Source: Acidimicrobiia bacterium
GTDB taxonomy: Bacteria; Actinomycetota; Acidimicrobiia; Spongiisociales; Spongiisociaceae
Length of the DNA: 64,000 nt
Assembly: GCA_009841075.1 (NCBI GenBank)
Contig: VXMP01000080.1
Span: 15,734 to 79,733, forward strand
Reading direction: 5' to 3'
The notes beneath the pieces were generated by a model, which saw nothing but the letters and a program-made list of their open reading frames with translations, was not told the origin of the DNA and ran no database searches. Position numbers and translations under genes: made by a program. Below are positions 20,943 to 33,207 of this stretch, one piece after another (within the stretch, counting starts at the first letter, position 1; each line of letters opens with the position of its first letter).

Positions 20943-21722
20943 TCAGGTAGGTTCCTCCCAATTCATCCCCATTTCCTCTGTCATTCCGAAGCTCCCCTCG
21001 TAGGCTTCTTCTTCCAGATTGCGAAGGCGGTTGTTCAACGGGCCACGGAAAAGTAGCGTCACCACCACTCCGAACAGGAACCCCGCCACATGGGCCTCCC
21101 AGGCAATCCCCGAGCCTCCTCCGGCCAGAAGGAACTGCGAGCCCAACCATAAGGTCAGGAAGAATATGGCCGGGATGCGGAACAGATAAAAGAAGGCCAG
21201 GCTTAGGATCTTTGCTCTCGGGTAGAGGACCACATAGGCACCCATTACCCCGGCTATCGCACCGGAAGCGCCTACCAAAGGGGCGGTCGAGTCGGGATTA
21301 AGCGCCACGAAGCCGTAGGTGGCTACTATCCCCGAAATCAGGTACAGCAACAGATAGCCGCCCCGCCCGTAGGCATCTTCCACATTGTTCCCGAACAGCC
21401 AAAGGCTCCAGGCGTTGAAGAGCAGGTGAAATGGACCGGCATGCAGAAAGAGCGAAACCAACACGCTGAGCGGCACCGACTTCTGGGGAAAAATGGGGTC
21501 GCCCTCGGCAGTGGAGCACCTCCCGGTCTGGTACTCTTCCAGGGTCAGAAGCTGGTTGGTGGTTACCTCACACCCGATCGCAGCATGGCGAAGGGCGAAT
21601 TCCGGGGAATCGTCCAGGTTGAACGGGGTGAGCAGTAAAAACACCGCCACCAAAACCCCGATCATTATCAGGGTCAGGACGGGTCGGCTCAGCCCCGGAT
21701 TCTCGTCACGTATTGGAAACAT
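20943..21722 (-). CDS. rhomboid-family intramembrane serine protease
   Basis: A multi-TM protein with the catalytic Ser motif GASGAIAGVMGAY and the downstream catalytic His (AWEAHVAGF). Confidence 0.9.
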   Translation of the reverse strand: MFPIRDENPGLSRPVLTLIMIGVLVAVFLLLTPFNLDDSPEFALRHAAIGCEVTTNQLLTLEEYQTGRCSTAEGDPIFPQKSVPLSVLVSLFLHAGPFHLLFNAWSLWLFGNNVEDAYGRGGYLLLYLISGIVATYGFVALNPDSTAPLVGASGAIAGVMGAYVVLYPRAKILSLAFFYLFRIPAIFFLTLWLGSQFLLAGGGSGIAWEAHVAGFLFGVVVTLLFRGPLNNRLRNLEEEAYEGSFGMTEEMGMNWEEPT

Positions 21723-21863
21723 TTCTCCCCATCAAATATAGGACTCCTCCGATTATGCACCCACTCGGGCGTTAACCGGTGCGCCTTGCCAGGTTAATAA
21801 TCCAGGTGTCTACACAAGAGACATCTATCCGATCCCTTCCCCACCGACAATAATGAAGGCCAA

Positions 21864-22073
21864 ATGAACTCTGAATTGCGCCAAGAACCCGACCCACCGC
21901 CGGAGGACACATCCCCCGACGATGCCTCTCTTGAACCCTACATTCGGGCGGTGGAGGAGCTGGACGCCGCCCGATCGTCGATCCCTTTGGCGGCTTTGGC
22001 CGAACTCCTGGAGGCCCGCCTCGCCGGAAAAGACGCCCCCGAGGCTCGGAAAATCCTCGACGAGCTGCTATGA
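21864..22073 (+). CDS. hypothetical small acidic protein upstream of tlyA
   Basis: 69 aa. Its stop overlaps the tlyA start (ATGA). Confidence 0.5.
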   Translation: MNSELRQEPDPPPEDTSPDDASLEPYIRAVEELDAARSSIPLAALAELLEARLAGKDAPEARKILDELL

Positions 22074-22840
22074 AACGGCGACTGGATGTGGAGATGGTCC
22101 GCCGCCGGCTGGTCGACTCCAGGAGCGCCGCCGCCCATGCCATCCGTCAAGGCCAGATCATCGTCACCGGCATCCCCCTTCCGAAACCGGCCACCCTGGT
22201 CGGCCCCGACATAGCCTTACGCTGGATAACCCCTCCGCCCCGTTACGTCAGCCGGGGAGGAATCAAGCTGGAAAAGGCCCTGGAGGTTTTCGCCCTGGAT
22301 GTGGCAGGACTCACGGCGGTGGACGTGGGGGCCTCAACCGGAGGCTTCACCCATTGCCTGCTGAAACACGGCGTAACCAAGGTAGTGGCCGTTGACGTCG
22401 GATACGGGCAGCTGCACGAACACCTTCGAGACGACCCTCGGGTGGTGGTAGTCGAGCGAACCAACATCCGCCATGCCGACCCCGAGCGGTTGGGGGCCCC
22501 CTTCGACCTGGTGGTGGCCGACGTATCGTTCATTTCCCTGCTGAAGATCGCCGCCCCGTTGGTGAACCTGGGAACGCCCGAAACGGACTACATTCTGCTT
22601 ATCAAACCACAATTCGAGGCCGACTACGGTTCGGTGAACCGCCGCGGGGTACTTACCGACCCCACCGTATGGAACCGGACGGTAGCCGACACCTTGGCCG
22701 GGCTATCCGAACGGGGGCTGGGTGCTGTCAACCTGATCCGATCGCCCATCGAAGGGGCCAACGGGAATAGGGAGGTGCTGGGTCGGTTCCGTGCCGGTCG
22801 GTCGGACATCGACCCGCAACAGCTGATGGAGAAAATGTGA
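22070..22840 (+). CDS. tlyA: TlyA-family rRNA (cytidine-2'-O)-methyltransferase
   Basis: Has an S4-like N-terminus (RLDVEMVRRRLVDSRSAA) and an FtsJ-type SAM motif (VDVGASTGGFT). Confidence 0.9.
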   Translation: MKRRLDVEMVRRRLVDSRSAAAHAIRQGQIIVTGIPLPKPATLVGPDIALRWITPPPRYVSRGGIKLEKALEVFALDVAGLTAVDVGASTGGFTHCLLKHGVTKVVAVDVGYGQLHEHLRDDPRVVVVERTNIRHADPERLGAPFDLVVADVSFISLLKIAAPLVNLGTPETDYILLIKPQFEADYGSVNRRGVLTDPTVWNRTVADTLAGLSERGLGAVNLIRSPIEGANGNREVLGRFRAGRSDIDPQQLMEKM

Positions 22841-23661
22841 CGAAGGTCGCCGTGGTACCGCACATCGGCCAGCCCGAAACCGTGTCCAGGACTGGCGAGA
22901 TGGTGTCATCGCTCCGAGATCGAAACGTCGAGGTAGTAGCCGCCCACGATGCGGCCGGGCTCCTGGGCGTGGAACCGACCTCCTTTGGACCGGACGAAGG
23001 CCTTGACCTGGTAATAGCGATCGGGGGAGATGGAACGGTTCTGAAGGCGGTTCGGTTGGGAAGGGGGAGCGGCGCACCGATAGGCGGGATAAACCACGGC
23101 AACCTGGGTTATCTGGCCGACCCGCTACCCACCGACCCTTCCTCCCTTCTCGATGGGATCGCCGCCCGGGATTGGTTCACCTCGGAACGGATGTTGCTGA
23201 CCGCCTCGATTAACGGCGGCGATCCCATCGTCGGCCTGAATGATGTGGTGATCGAAAAGGTGAAAAACCAACGAACCATTCGTCTGGCCATCTCCATCGA
23301 CGGGGAAGCTTTTATCAATTACCCGGCCGACGGGGTGGTGGTTGCCACCGCCACCGGATCCACCGCCTACAACCTGTCGGCCGGCGGCCCGCTCATCGAT
23401 CCGGCCCTGGATATGCTGGTTATGACCCCGGTCGCCCCCCACTTTCTTTTCTCCCGGTCTATGGTATTCCCGCCTTATCGCCGGATCCGGTTCGACGTCA
23501 TGGAAGACCGTCCGGCGGTAGTCGGAGTGGACGGTCGGGAGATAGCGAACCTGAACCCGGGGGAGCAGGTCGAAGTCGAAGGCGGAGGCCGGGTGTCGAT
23601 CGCCCGCTTCGCCGACCGATCCTTCCCCACCTCGGTCAGGCAAAAGTTCTCGTTGACCTGA
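22837..23661 (+). CDS. nadK: NAD kinase
   Basis: Contains the GGDGTVL motif and TATGSTAYNLSAGGP. Confidence 0.9.
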   Translation: MTKVAVVPHIGQPETVSRTGEMVSSLRDRNVEVVAAHDAAGLLGVEPTSFGPDEGLDLVIAIGGDGTVLKAVRLGRGSGAPIGGINHGNLGYLADPLPTDPSSLLDGIAARDWFTSERMLLTASINGGDPIVGLNDVVIEKVKNQRTIRLAISIDGEAFINYPADGVVVATATGSTAYNLSAGGPLIDPALDMLVMTPVAPHFLFSRSMVFPPYRRIRFDVMEDRPAVVGVDGREIANLNPGEQVEVEGGGRVSIARFADRSFPTSVRQKFSLT

Positions 23662-23663
23662 TC

Positions 23664-26971
<3,308 letters not shown>

Positions 26972-27064
26972 AGGGATCTCTAATCGGAAGCCTTCTTTGG
27001 GGAACCTCTCGTGGTGCAAGGTAGCTACCGCACCTAAGAGGATCACCCCTTTAGAGTTCTGATT

Positions 27065-28009
27065 ATGCCGGATGAGTTGAGAACCGACCCGGCCAGGCTG
27101 AGATCGGATATCCATAGTACGGGGGCTTTATGGGGCCTTATGAAGGAGTATCTGGTCATCCTGGGGATCGAACGAGGCCTAAGAGAGAACACCGTCTTCG
27201 CCTATCGCCGTGACCTGGAGGAATACCTTATTTTTCTGAAGGGTCGCCCCCCGACCCCGGCCCTGGTGGATAAGTTCCTGGTCGAGCTGCACCGAAAGGG
27301 CCGTGCTTCTACCACGATTGCTCGCAAACTGGCTGCCTTGCGAGGCTTCCACCGGCACCTTATTGCCGAGGGTAAAGCCGAAGACGATCCCACCCGACTA
27401 ACCGAAACCCCCAGAAGCCGGATGACCCTCCCCAAGGCATTGGATGTGCACGAAGCGGTCCGGCTGGTCGAAACCCCACCCACCGACACCCCGCTGGGAC
27501 GGCGGGACCGGGCGCTGCTGGAAACCCTCTACGGTTCGGCGGTTCGGGTGAGCGAGCTGGTCGCCCTTAACCTGACCGACCTTGATCTGGACACTGCCGG
27601 CACCATCGTCACCGGCAAAGGCGGGCGGCAACGACTGGTGCTGTTGGGGAAACCGGCGGTGCAGGCGATCCGAACCTATCTGCCGGACCGGCTGGATTTA
27701 TGCGGGGAGAGAAGGGATCACGACATTCTTTATGTCAACGCCAGAGGTGCACCACTTACCCGCCAGGGCGTGTTCGGCATCGTTCGTAAGCACGCCATCG
27801 CCGCCGGGATTCCCTGCTCCCGCATCTCTCCTCACGTGCTCCGTCATTCGGCAGCCACCCATATGGTGGAGGGAGGGGCTGATCTGCGTACCGTGCAGCA
27901 GTTCTTAGGGCATGCCGGTATTTCCACCACCCAGGTCTACACCCGCATGTCGCTCCAGCATCTTCAGGAGGTCTACGTTGAATCCCACCCTCGGGCGTTA
28001 AGAGGGTAA
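27065..28009 (+). CDS. xerD: site-specific tyrosine recombinase XerD
   Basis: Contains LRHSAATHMVEGGADLRTVQQFLGHAGISTTQVYT (R-H-R-Y catalytic set). It sits in the chromosomal pyrG-xerD context. Confidence 0.9.
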   Translation: MPDELRTDPARLRSDIHSTGALWGLMKEYLVILGIERGLRENTVFAYRRDLEEYLIFLKGRPPTPALVDKFLVELHRKGRASTTIARKLAALRGFHRHLIAEGKAEDDPTRLTETPRSRMTLPKALDVHEAVRLVETPPTDTPLGRRDRALLETLYGSAVRVSELVALNLTDLDLDTAGTIVTGKGGRQRLVLLGKPAVQAIRTYLPDRLDLCGERRDHDILYVNARGAPLTRQGVFGIVRKHAIAAGIPCSRISPHVLRHSAATHMVEGGADLRTVQQFLGHAGISTTQVYTRMSLQHLQEVYVESHPRALRG

Positions 28010-28010
28010 C

Positions 28011-28496
28011 TTGACCGATTTCCTGCATCTGGTGAAGCGGTTCTGGGACGTAACCCTGGCCGCCCGTCTTTCCCCGAGAGAGCAGGCCGAGGTAGCCGAA
28101 CTTCTTAACCCCGGCGAGGAGACCAACCTGTTCTGGGATCAACCTCCCTCCGATCAGAGACACGGCCTGGTAGCCGCACGGGAGGTTAAAGCAGCCCATC
28201 CTCAGAGAGACGATCTGGCCAGAAGCGCCCTTCTCCATGACATAGGGAAACGTCATGCCCGACTGGGACCGATCGGAAGGTCGCTGGCTACCCTGCTCGG
28301 ACAATTCGGTTGGACTCCTTCCACCCGTTACGCCACCTACCTGGATCACGGCCCGATCGCCGCCCGGGAATTGGAAGAAGCCGGAGTCGAACCTTTGGTA
28401 GTGGAGTACGCCCGGCATCATCATGGAGAGCGGCCCAACCTCATCTCACCCGAAGACTGGGAACTCCTCCAAACCGCCGACCGGGCTTCTTCCTAA
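28011..28496 (+). CDS. HD-domain protein
   Basis: Contains the HD signatures RHGLV.. and LLHDIGK. TTG start. Confidence 0.7.
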   Translation: MTDFLHLVKRFWDVTLAARLSPREQAEVAELLNPGEETNLFWDQPPSDQRHGLVAAREVKAAHPQRDDLARSALLHDIGKRHARLGPIGRSLATLLGQFGWTPSTRYATYLDHGPIAARELEEAGVEPLVVEYARHHHGERPNLISPEDWELLQTADRASS

Positions 28497-28515
28497 GGTT
28501 CTCAGAAACCGCTTC

Positions 28516-28925
28516 TAACCAGGTAAAACACTACGAGAACGCGAAAAAAGCCACACCTCACCCGGCTACGCCGGGTCCCCGCCCCCGCCTCACACCACCT
28601 GATTCGGAGCGTGGTCAGCCATGCCCGGACTGAAGCCGGGAGACTGCGGTTCGGCTGTCGCTCCATACAAATATGTTCCCTCAACTGCCGGGGATCCGAT
28701 CGGGATACCATTCCTCTAACCCGGCCTTCGGTGCTTGGCAACCCACTACGTATCATGGAACACCGACAAATTCAACCCCCTTATTTGAGAACGCGAAAAA
28801 ACGCTTCCCAAGCAGCTCAAAATCACCTCAAAGGGGAGTTCGTTGGGGCTTCGGTTGGAGTACCTCGAAAGGCCGATTCAAGAAGGTTTCCCGAAGACAA
28901 ACCCGGGCCAAGTTCCCGAACGCAT
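28516..28925 (+). repeat. copy 1 of a ~400 bp non-coding interspersed element (candidate structured RNA or MITE-like element)
   Basis: It aligns block by block with 57567-57972 in the same orientation. Shared blocks include CTCACCCGGCTACGCCGGG, GGAGCGTGGT.AGCCATGCCCGGACTGAAGCCGGGAGACT, TTGCCGGGGATCCGATCGGGATACC, ACCCGGCCTTCGGTGCTTGGCAACCC and CTACGTATCATG. GAACGCGAAAAAA occurs at 28537 and at 28789. Confidence 0.85.
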
Positions 28926-29036
28926 CAAAGGGTTTTCGCGTTCCCTTTCCGGCCAGGGGTATGGTGTGTCGATCGGTTCTCGAATGAACCCTTTTCGAAC
29001 GCCTACCATTAAACCTTCTAAGTCCGATATAAGGTA

Positions 29037-29138
29037 GGAGGGTGCTGAAAAATGTCCAATTGGCCCGCCGGCAGGAAACGAAATCCCAGTTAGATGAAAA
29101 TTGTGGGCCAAGCCTCCCCATCTTTTTCAGCACCCTCC
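29037..29138. repeat. perfect 16-bp inverted repeat (GGAGGGTGCTGAAAAA / TTTTTCAGCACCCTCC) enclosing 70 nt
   Basis: The arms lie at 29037-29052 and 29123-29138. An inner TTGGCCC/GGGCCAA pair extends the hairpin. It ends 10 nt before the scpA start. Confidence 0.85.
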
Positions 29139-29148
29139 TAGACCTCCA

Positions 29149-29907
29149 ATGAGCTATCAGGTCGCCACCCCGGTTTTCAACGGCCCGATCGATCTTCTTC
29201 TTCAGCTAGTGAGCCGCCGCCACGTTGACGTAATGGAGGTCAGCCTGTCGGCCATCATCGAAGAGTTTTTCTCCCTGACCGAATCCGACCACACCGACCT
29301 CAACCTTTCTTCCGAGTTTGTCCTGATCGCGGCGATGCTTATCCACCTGAAAACCCGTTTTCTATTTCCCGAACCCGAGGCCGTGGACCTCGAGGAGGAG
29401 ATGGCTCTGCTCGACCGGCGCGACCGACTGCTGGCCCGCCTGCTGAGCTTCCTGACCTACCAGGATGTTGCCTCCGTCTTCCAACATAGGCTTCAGCACG
29501 GCAGTCGGTACGTCGGGCGCTCCTACGGCATCGACATCGAACTCGACATCGAGTCGGCCCCCATCCTCCCCGCAACGGTCACACCGGACCGGCTGGCCGA
29601 GATCATGGCCGACCTCACCGCCTGGGAAACCCAAGAGGCCGCCCTGGTTATGGATCACCTTGATTTCGACCTTCCGTCCGTGGAGGACGCCATGGCCGAT
29701 GTACGGGTCAGGATTGCAGATGCCCTGGAAACCACCTTCGAGGAGCTGGTGGCGCACTGTCTCAACCGTACGGAAGTGGTGGCCTACTTTCTGGCGGTTC
29801 TGGAGCTGGTCCGCTGGGGGCTGGTTTCGGTTAGACAAGAAGACCTGGATCGCATCGCCGTCAGCCCGCCGAGAGAAGACGAACCGGTCCCTTCACAGGA
29901 GATATGA
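29149..29907 (+). CDS. scpA: segregation and condensation protein A
   Basis: MSYQVATPVFNGPIDLLLQLV from the ATG at 29149. The track start at 29101 lies inside the inverted repeat. Confidence 0.9.
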   Translation: MSYQVATPVFNGPIDLLLQLVSRRHVDVMEVSLSAIIEEFFSLTESDHTDLNLSSEFVLIAAMLIHLKTRFLFPEPEAVDLEEEMALLDRRDRLLARLLSFLTYQDVASVFQHRLQHGSRYVGRSYGIDIELDIESAPILPATVTPDRLAEIMADLTAWETQEAALVMDHLDFDLPSVEDAMADVRVRIADALETTFEELVAHCLNRTEVVAYFLAVLELVRWGLVSVRQEDLDRIAVSPPREDEPVPSQEI

Positions 29908-29911
29908 AGTT

Positions 29912-30481
29912 TTGAACCCCTCTGCCGCCTTGGAGTCCATCCTGTTCGTCGCCGAAACCCCGATTTCGGAGTCCGACCTGGCCCAGGTTTTGGAGATACC
30001 GCTCGTCGACGTCAAGGGCCTGCTTTCCGGCTTGGCGGAGACACTAGAGGCAAACGATCGGGGTATTGTCCTGCGCCAGGCCGCCGGGGGTTGGCGCCTC
30101 TACACCAAACCGGAGGCCCTGCCCTACCTGGAGCGATTCGCCCCCTCCGCATCCGCCTCCGGGATATCTTCCGCCGCTCTCGAGGTACTGACGATCGTGG
30201 CCTACCGTCAACCGGTCACCCGCAGCCAGCTGGCCGAGCTGCGAGGGGTGGACTCCTCCTCGGCGGTCCGCACCCTGGTGCGTAAGGGCCTGGTCGTAGA
30301 GAACGGGCGGCTGCCCATCCCTGGCAACCCACGAATCTACGGCACCACCGATCGATTCCTTGAAGCAATGGGTATGGCCTCCTTATCCGATCTTCCACCT
30401 CTCACCGATCACCTACCCGGCCCGGAGGCGGCGGAGAAGCTGGACCAACGCCTTTCCAGGTCGGATGCAACCGACGAATAG
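29912..30481 (+). CDS. scpB: segregation and condensation protein B
   Basis: NPSAALESILFVAETPISESDL.., with a TTG start 5 nt after the scpA stop. The long track ORF from 29465 is read-through inside scpA. Confidence 0.85.
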   Translation: MNPSAALESILFVAETPISESDLAQVLEIPLVDVKGLLSGLAETLEANDRGIVLRQAAGGWRLYTKPEALPYLERFAPSASASGISSAALEVLTIVAYRQPVTRSQLAELRGVDSSSAVRTLVRKGLVVENGRLPIPGNPRIYGTTDRFLEAMGMASLSDLPPLTDHLPGPEAAEKLDQRLSRSDATDE

Positions 30482-31223
30482 CGGCGAGCGCCTGCAGAAG
30501 GTGATCGCCCGGAGCGGGCTGACCTCCCGACGAAGGGCCGATGCCATGATCCTGTCCGGTCGGGTATCCGTAAACGGCCAAACCGCCCCACCCGGTCTTC
30601 GGGTTAACCCCTCCCAAGACCAAATTTTGGTGGACGGGGTTCACCTTCCGGTCGATCCCGACCAGGTCTATTACCTGCTGAATAAGCCGCCAGGGGTTAT
30701 CAGTACTACCTATGACGGCCCCGGAAGAAAGACCGTGGTTGATCTGGTCCCCGTCCATCCCAAGGTCTTTCCGGTCGGGCGGCTGGATGCCGAATCTACC
30801 GGTTTGCTGATCCTGACCAACGACGGCCCCTTCGCCAACCAGGTCACCCACCCCCGCCATGGCGTGAACAAAATATACGAGGTGCTGGTCAAAGGGGTGG
30901 TTTCGCCGTCCGGCCTGGCTCGACTACGGCAAGGGGTGGAGCTGGAAGACGGGCCGGCCGTACCGGTGAAGATACGGATCATCGACACTTCCGGGAACAC
31001 CACCCATCTGGAGTTGACCATGTCGGAAGGCCGCAACAGGGAGGTTCGGCGACTCTGCGACGCGGTAGGGTTCCCCGTAACCGACCTTCATCGGGTGGCG
31101 ATCGGTCCGTTACGAGACCGAACCCTCAAGACGGGCAGTTGGCGAAATCTGAAAATAGACGAGGTGCGGGCCTTCTACAAGCATTCGGCTCGTGGGAGGC
31201 GGCCTGCCAGGAGGGGAAGATGA
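30465..31223 (+). CDS. rluB: 23S rRNA pseudouridine synthase (RluB/RsuA family)
   Basis: Has an S4 domain (RLQKVIARSGLTSRRRADAMI) and the catalytic motif GRLDAESTGLLILTNDG. The ATG at 30465 overlaps the scpB end. Confidence 0.9.
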   Translation: MQPTNSGERLQKVIARSGLTSRRRADAMILSGRVSVNGQTAPPGLRVNPSQDQILVDGVHLPVDPDQVYYLLNKPPGVISTTYDGPGRKTVVDLVPVHPKVFPVGRLDAESTGLLILTNDGPFANQVTHPRHGVNKIYEVLVKGVVSPSGLARLRQGVELEDGPAVPVKIRIIDTSGNTTHLELTMSEGRNREVRRLCDAVGFPVTDLHRVAIGPLRDRTLKTGSWRNLKIDEVRAFYKHSARGRRPARRGR

Positions 31224-32473
31224 ATACCTACCCGGTTGTTCCCCGTCCGGTCAAAAACAGTGCGGTGCGGCCGCCGGGCTCCAAAAGTATCACCAATCGG
31301 GCTCTGATCTCCTCCGCCCTGGCCGCCGGAAGGTCCGAACTTATCGACCCTTTGATCAGCGACGACACCCGCGCCATGATGGGCTGTCTAAGGGAACTGG
31401 GTGTAAGGATATCCGTAACCGACCGGAGCATTACCGTGGAATCGGCTGGCCTGCTCCGAGGCGGCACAGACCTTGACGCCGGTGCGTCCGGAACCACCGC
31501 CCGATTTATCACCGCCGCCGCCACCCTGGCCGACAGCCCCAGCCGGATAGACGGAACCCCGCGAATGCGGGAACGCCCGATCGGCCCTCTGGTGGCGGCT
31601 CTCCGGGCACTGGGGGCGGGGATTGAAGCCGATCGGAACGGGGCATACCCGCCGGTCCGGGTGGAAGGCGGAGGGTTGGTCGGGGGCCGGGTCACCATCG
31701 ACGGGAGCCTGTCCAGCCAGTTTGTCTCGGCGGTGCTGCTCAGCTCTCCGCAAGCGGAAACGGATGTGGTTCTGGACCTGGCGGAAGGCACGGTATCGCG
31801 GCCCTACCTGGACACCACCTTGGAGGTCATGACTGCCTTCGGTGCCGACGCCCGCTGGATAGATTCTGGCACCATAGTCGTGGCGCCTACCGGATACCGA
31901 CCCACCCGCTTCAAGGTAGAGGCCGACGCCTCGGCGGCTGTTTACCCGTGGGTGGCCGCCGCTATCACCGGTGCAACCATCACGGTTACGGGTATCCCGT
32001 CCGACAGCTCCCAAGCCGACCTGGAAGCGCTTACCACCCTCCGACGGATGGGATGCACCATCACCTCCACCTCAAAAGGCATTTCGGTGACCGGCCCCGA
32101 CCAACCGATGGGAGTAGAGGCGGACCTTAACGACTGCCCGGATGCTTCCCTGGCCCTGGCGGTGGTAGCGGCTTTCGCCTCCTCCGGATCACGATTCACC
32201 AACCTCGCCAACCTCCGGGTTAAGGAAACCGACCGGCTGGCCGCCTTGGAAGCCGAGCTGACCAGGCTGGGTGCGGTAGTCGAGACCGGACCGGATTGGA
32301 TATCGATCCGGCCTGGTCGCCCTCGCCCGGCCCTGATCCGCACCTACGACGACCATCGGATGGCCATGTCGTTTGCCATCGCCGGTCTGGTCCAGCCCGG
32401 AATTGTGATCGAAGACCCGGCCTGTGTAACCAAAACCTGGCCTGGGTTTTTTGACATGCTGGAGAGCCTATGA
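31220..32473 (+). CDS. aroA: 3-phosphoshikimate 1-carboxyvinyltransferase (EPSP synthase)
   Basis: Contains PPGSKSITNRALI. It has an ATGA overlap with the rluB stop. Confidence 0.9.
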   Translation: MNTYPVVPRPVKNSAVRPPGSKSITNRALISSALAAGRSELIDPLISDDTRAMMGCLRELGVRISVTDRSITVESAGLLRGGTDLDAGASGTTARFITAAATLADSPSRIDGTPRMRERPIGPLVAALRALGAGIEADRNGAYPPVRVEGGGLVGGRVTIDGSLSSQFVSAVLLSSPQAETDVVLDLAEGTVSRPYLDTTLEVMTAFGADARWIDSGTIVVAPTGYRPTRFKVEADASAAVYPWVAAAITGATITVTGIPSDSSQADLEALTTLRRMGCTITSTSKGISVTGPDQPMGVEADLNDCPDASLALAVVAAFASSGSRFTNLANLRVKETDRLAALEAELTRLGAVVETGPDWISIRPGRPRPALIRTYDDHRMAMSFAIAGLVQPGIVIEDPACVTKTWPGFFDMLESL

Positions 32474-33126
32474 CCGCCCCGACCTGGGAAAGGTGGGTGG
32501 TGGCGATCGACGGTCCCGGCGGAGTAGGCAAGTCCACCGTGGCCAGGGGAGTGGCCCAAGCCCTCGGCTACGAAAGCCTGGATTCGGGTGCCTTTTATAG
32601 GGCGGCCACCTTGCTGATCAAGCTTCATCGAATCGATCCCGAGGACGAAGCGGCGGTGATGGTGACCCTGGCCGGTGCCGACCTTGCCTACCGTGACGGA
32701 ACCATTTTCCTGGAAGGGGTGGACGTAGGCCGGGCCATCCGCACGGTGGCCATAACCACGGCCACTTCCCCTCTGGCCGCTCTCCCCGGCGTCCGGCTGC
32801 TGGTGGTGAAGCGCCTCCGTAGGTGGGTGGCCGAGCGGGAAGGTCGAGTGGTGGTGGAAGGACGCGACATGGGGACGGTGGTCTTCCCCGCCTCGGAACT
32901 CAAAATCTATCTGGATGCCGACCCCGAGATACGAGCCGCTCGCCGCGCCGGTGAAACCCGGGCCACCGTTCGGGAGGTGGCCGCCAGGCTGAAGAATCGC
33001 GACCGCCAGGACTCCACCAGAACTTTGTCCCCGCTGGCCGCCGCCGATGATGCCCACCGTATCGACACCACCACGCTCAATGCCGACCAGGTCATCGCCA
33101 GGGTTCTGTCTTTCCGAGCCGGGTAA
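32470..33126 (+). CDS. cmk: cytidylate kinase
   Basis: Contains the P-loop AIDGPGGVGKST and LDSGAFYR. Confidence 0.9.
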   Translation: MTAPTWERWVVAIDGPGGVGKSTVARGVAQALGYESLDSGAFYRAATLLIKLHRIDPEDEAAVMVTLAGADLAYRDGTIFLEGVDVGRAIRTVAITTATSPLAALPGVRLLVVKRLRRWVAEREGRVVVEGRDMGTVVFPASELKIYLDADPEIRAARRAGETRATVREVAARLKNRDRQDSTRTLSPLAAADDAHRIDTTTLNADQVIARVLSFRAG

Positions 33127-33207
33127 GCACTAATACAAGGGGTGTTTCCCCTCGTTATCGGACTTTCCCAACGAACTTAGGCTTAAGAAGTACACAAATC
33201 GGTGCCT

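Noticed and set aside
27065-28009. Tyrosine recombinase as a possible island integrase
   Set aside because: It has XerD-type sequence and the conserved pyrG-xerD chromosomal context. It lies 14 kb from the island boundary with housekeeping operons between.
28537-28801. Possibility that the spaced GAACGCGAAAA repeats are a mini CRISPR array
   Set aside because: There are only two direct copies per locus. The ~250-bp intervening sequence is itself conserved between loci, so it is not unique spacers. The repeat is 11-13 nt, and there are no cas genes.
28673-28987. ORFs predicted within the repeat element (also 28502-28756 minus, 57721-58071 plus, 57618-57803 minus)
   Set aside because: The two element copies differ by indels that are not multiples of three, and the shared peptides fall in different frames in each copy. 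Conservation is at the nucleotide and structure level, not the protein level.
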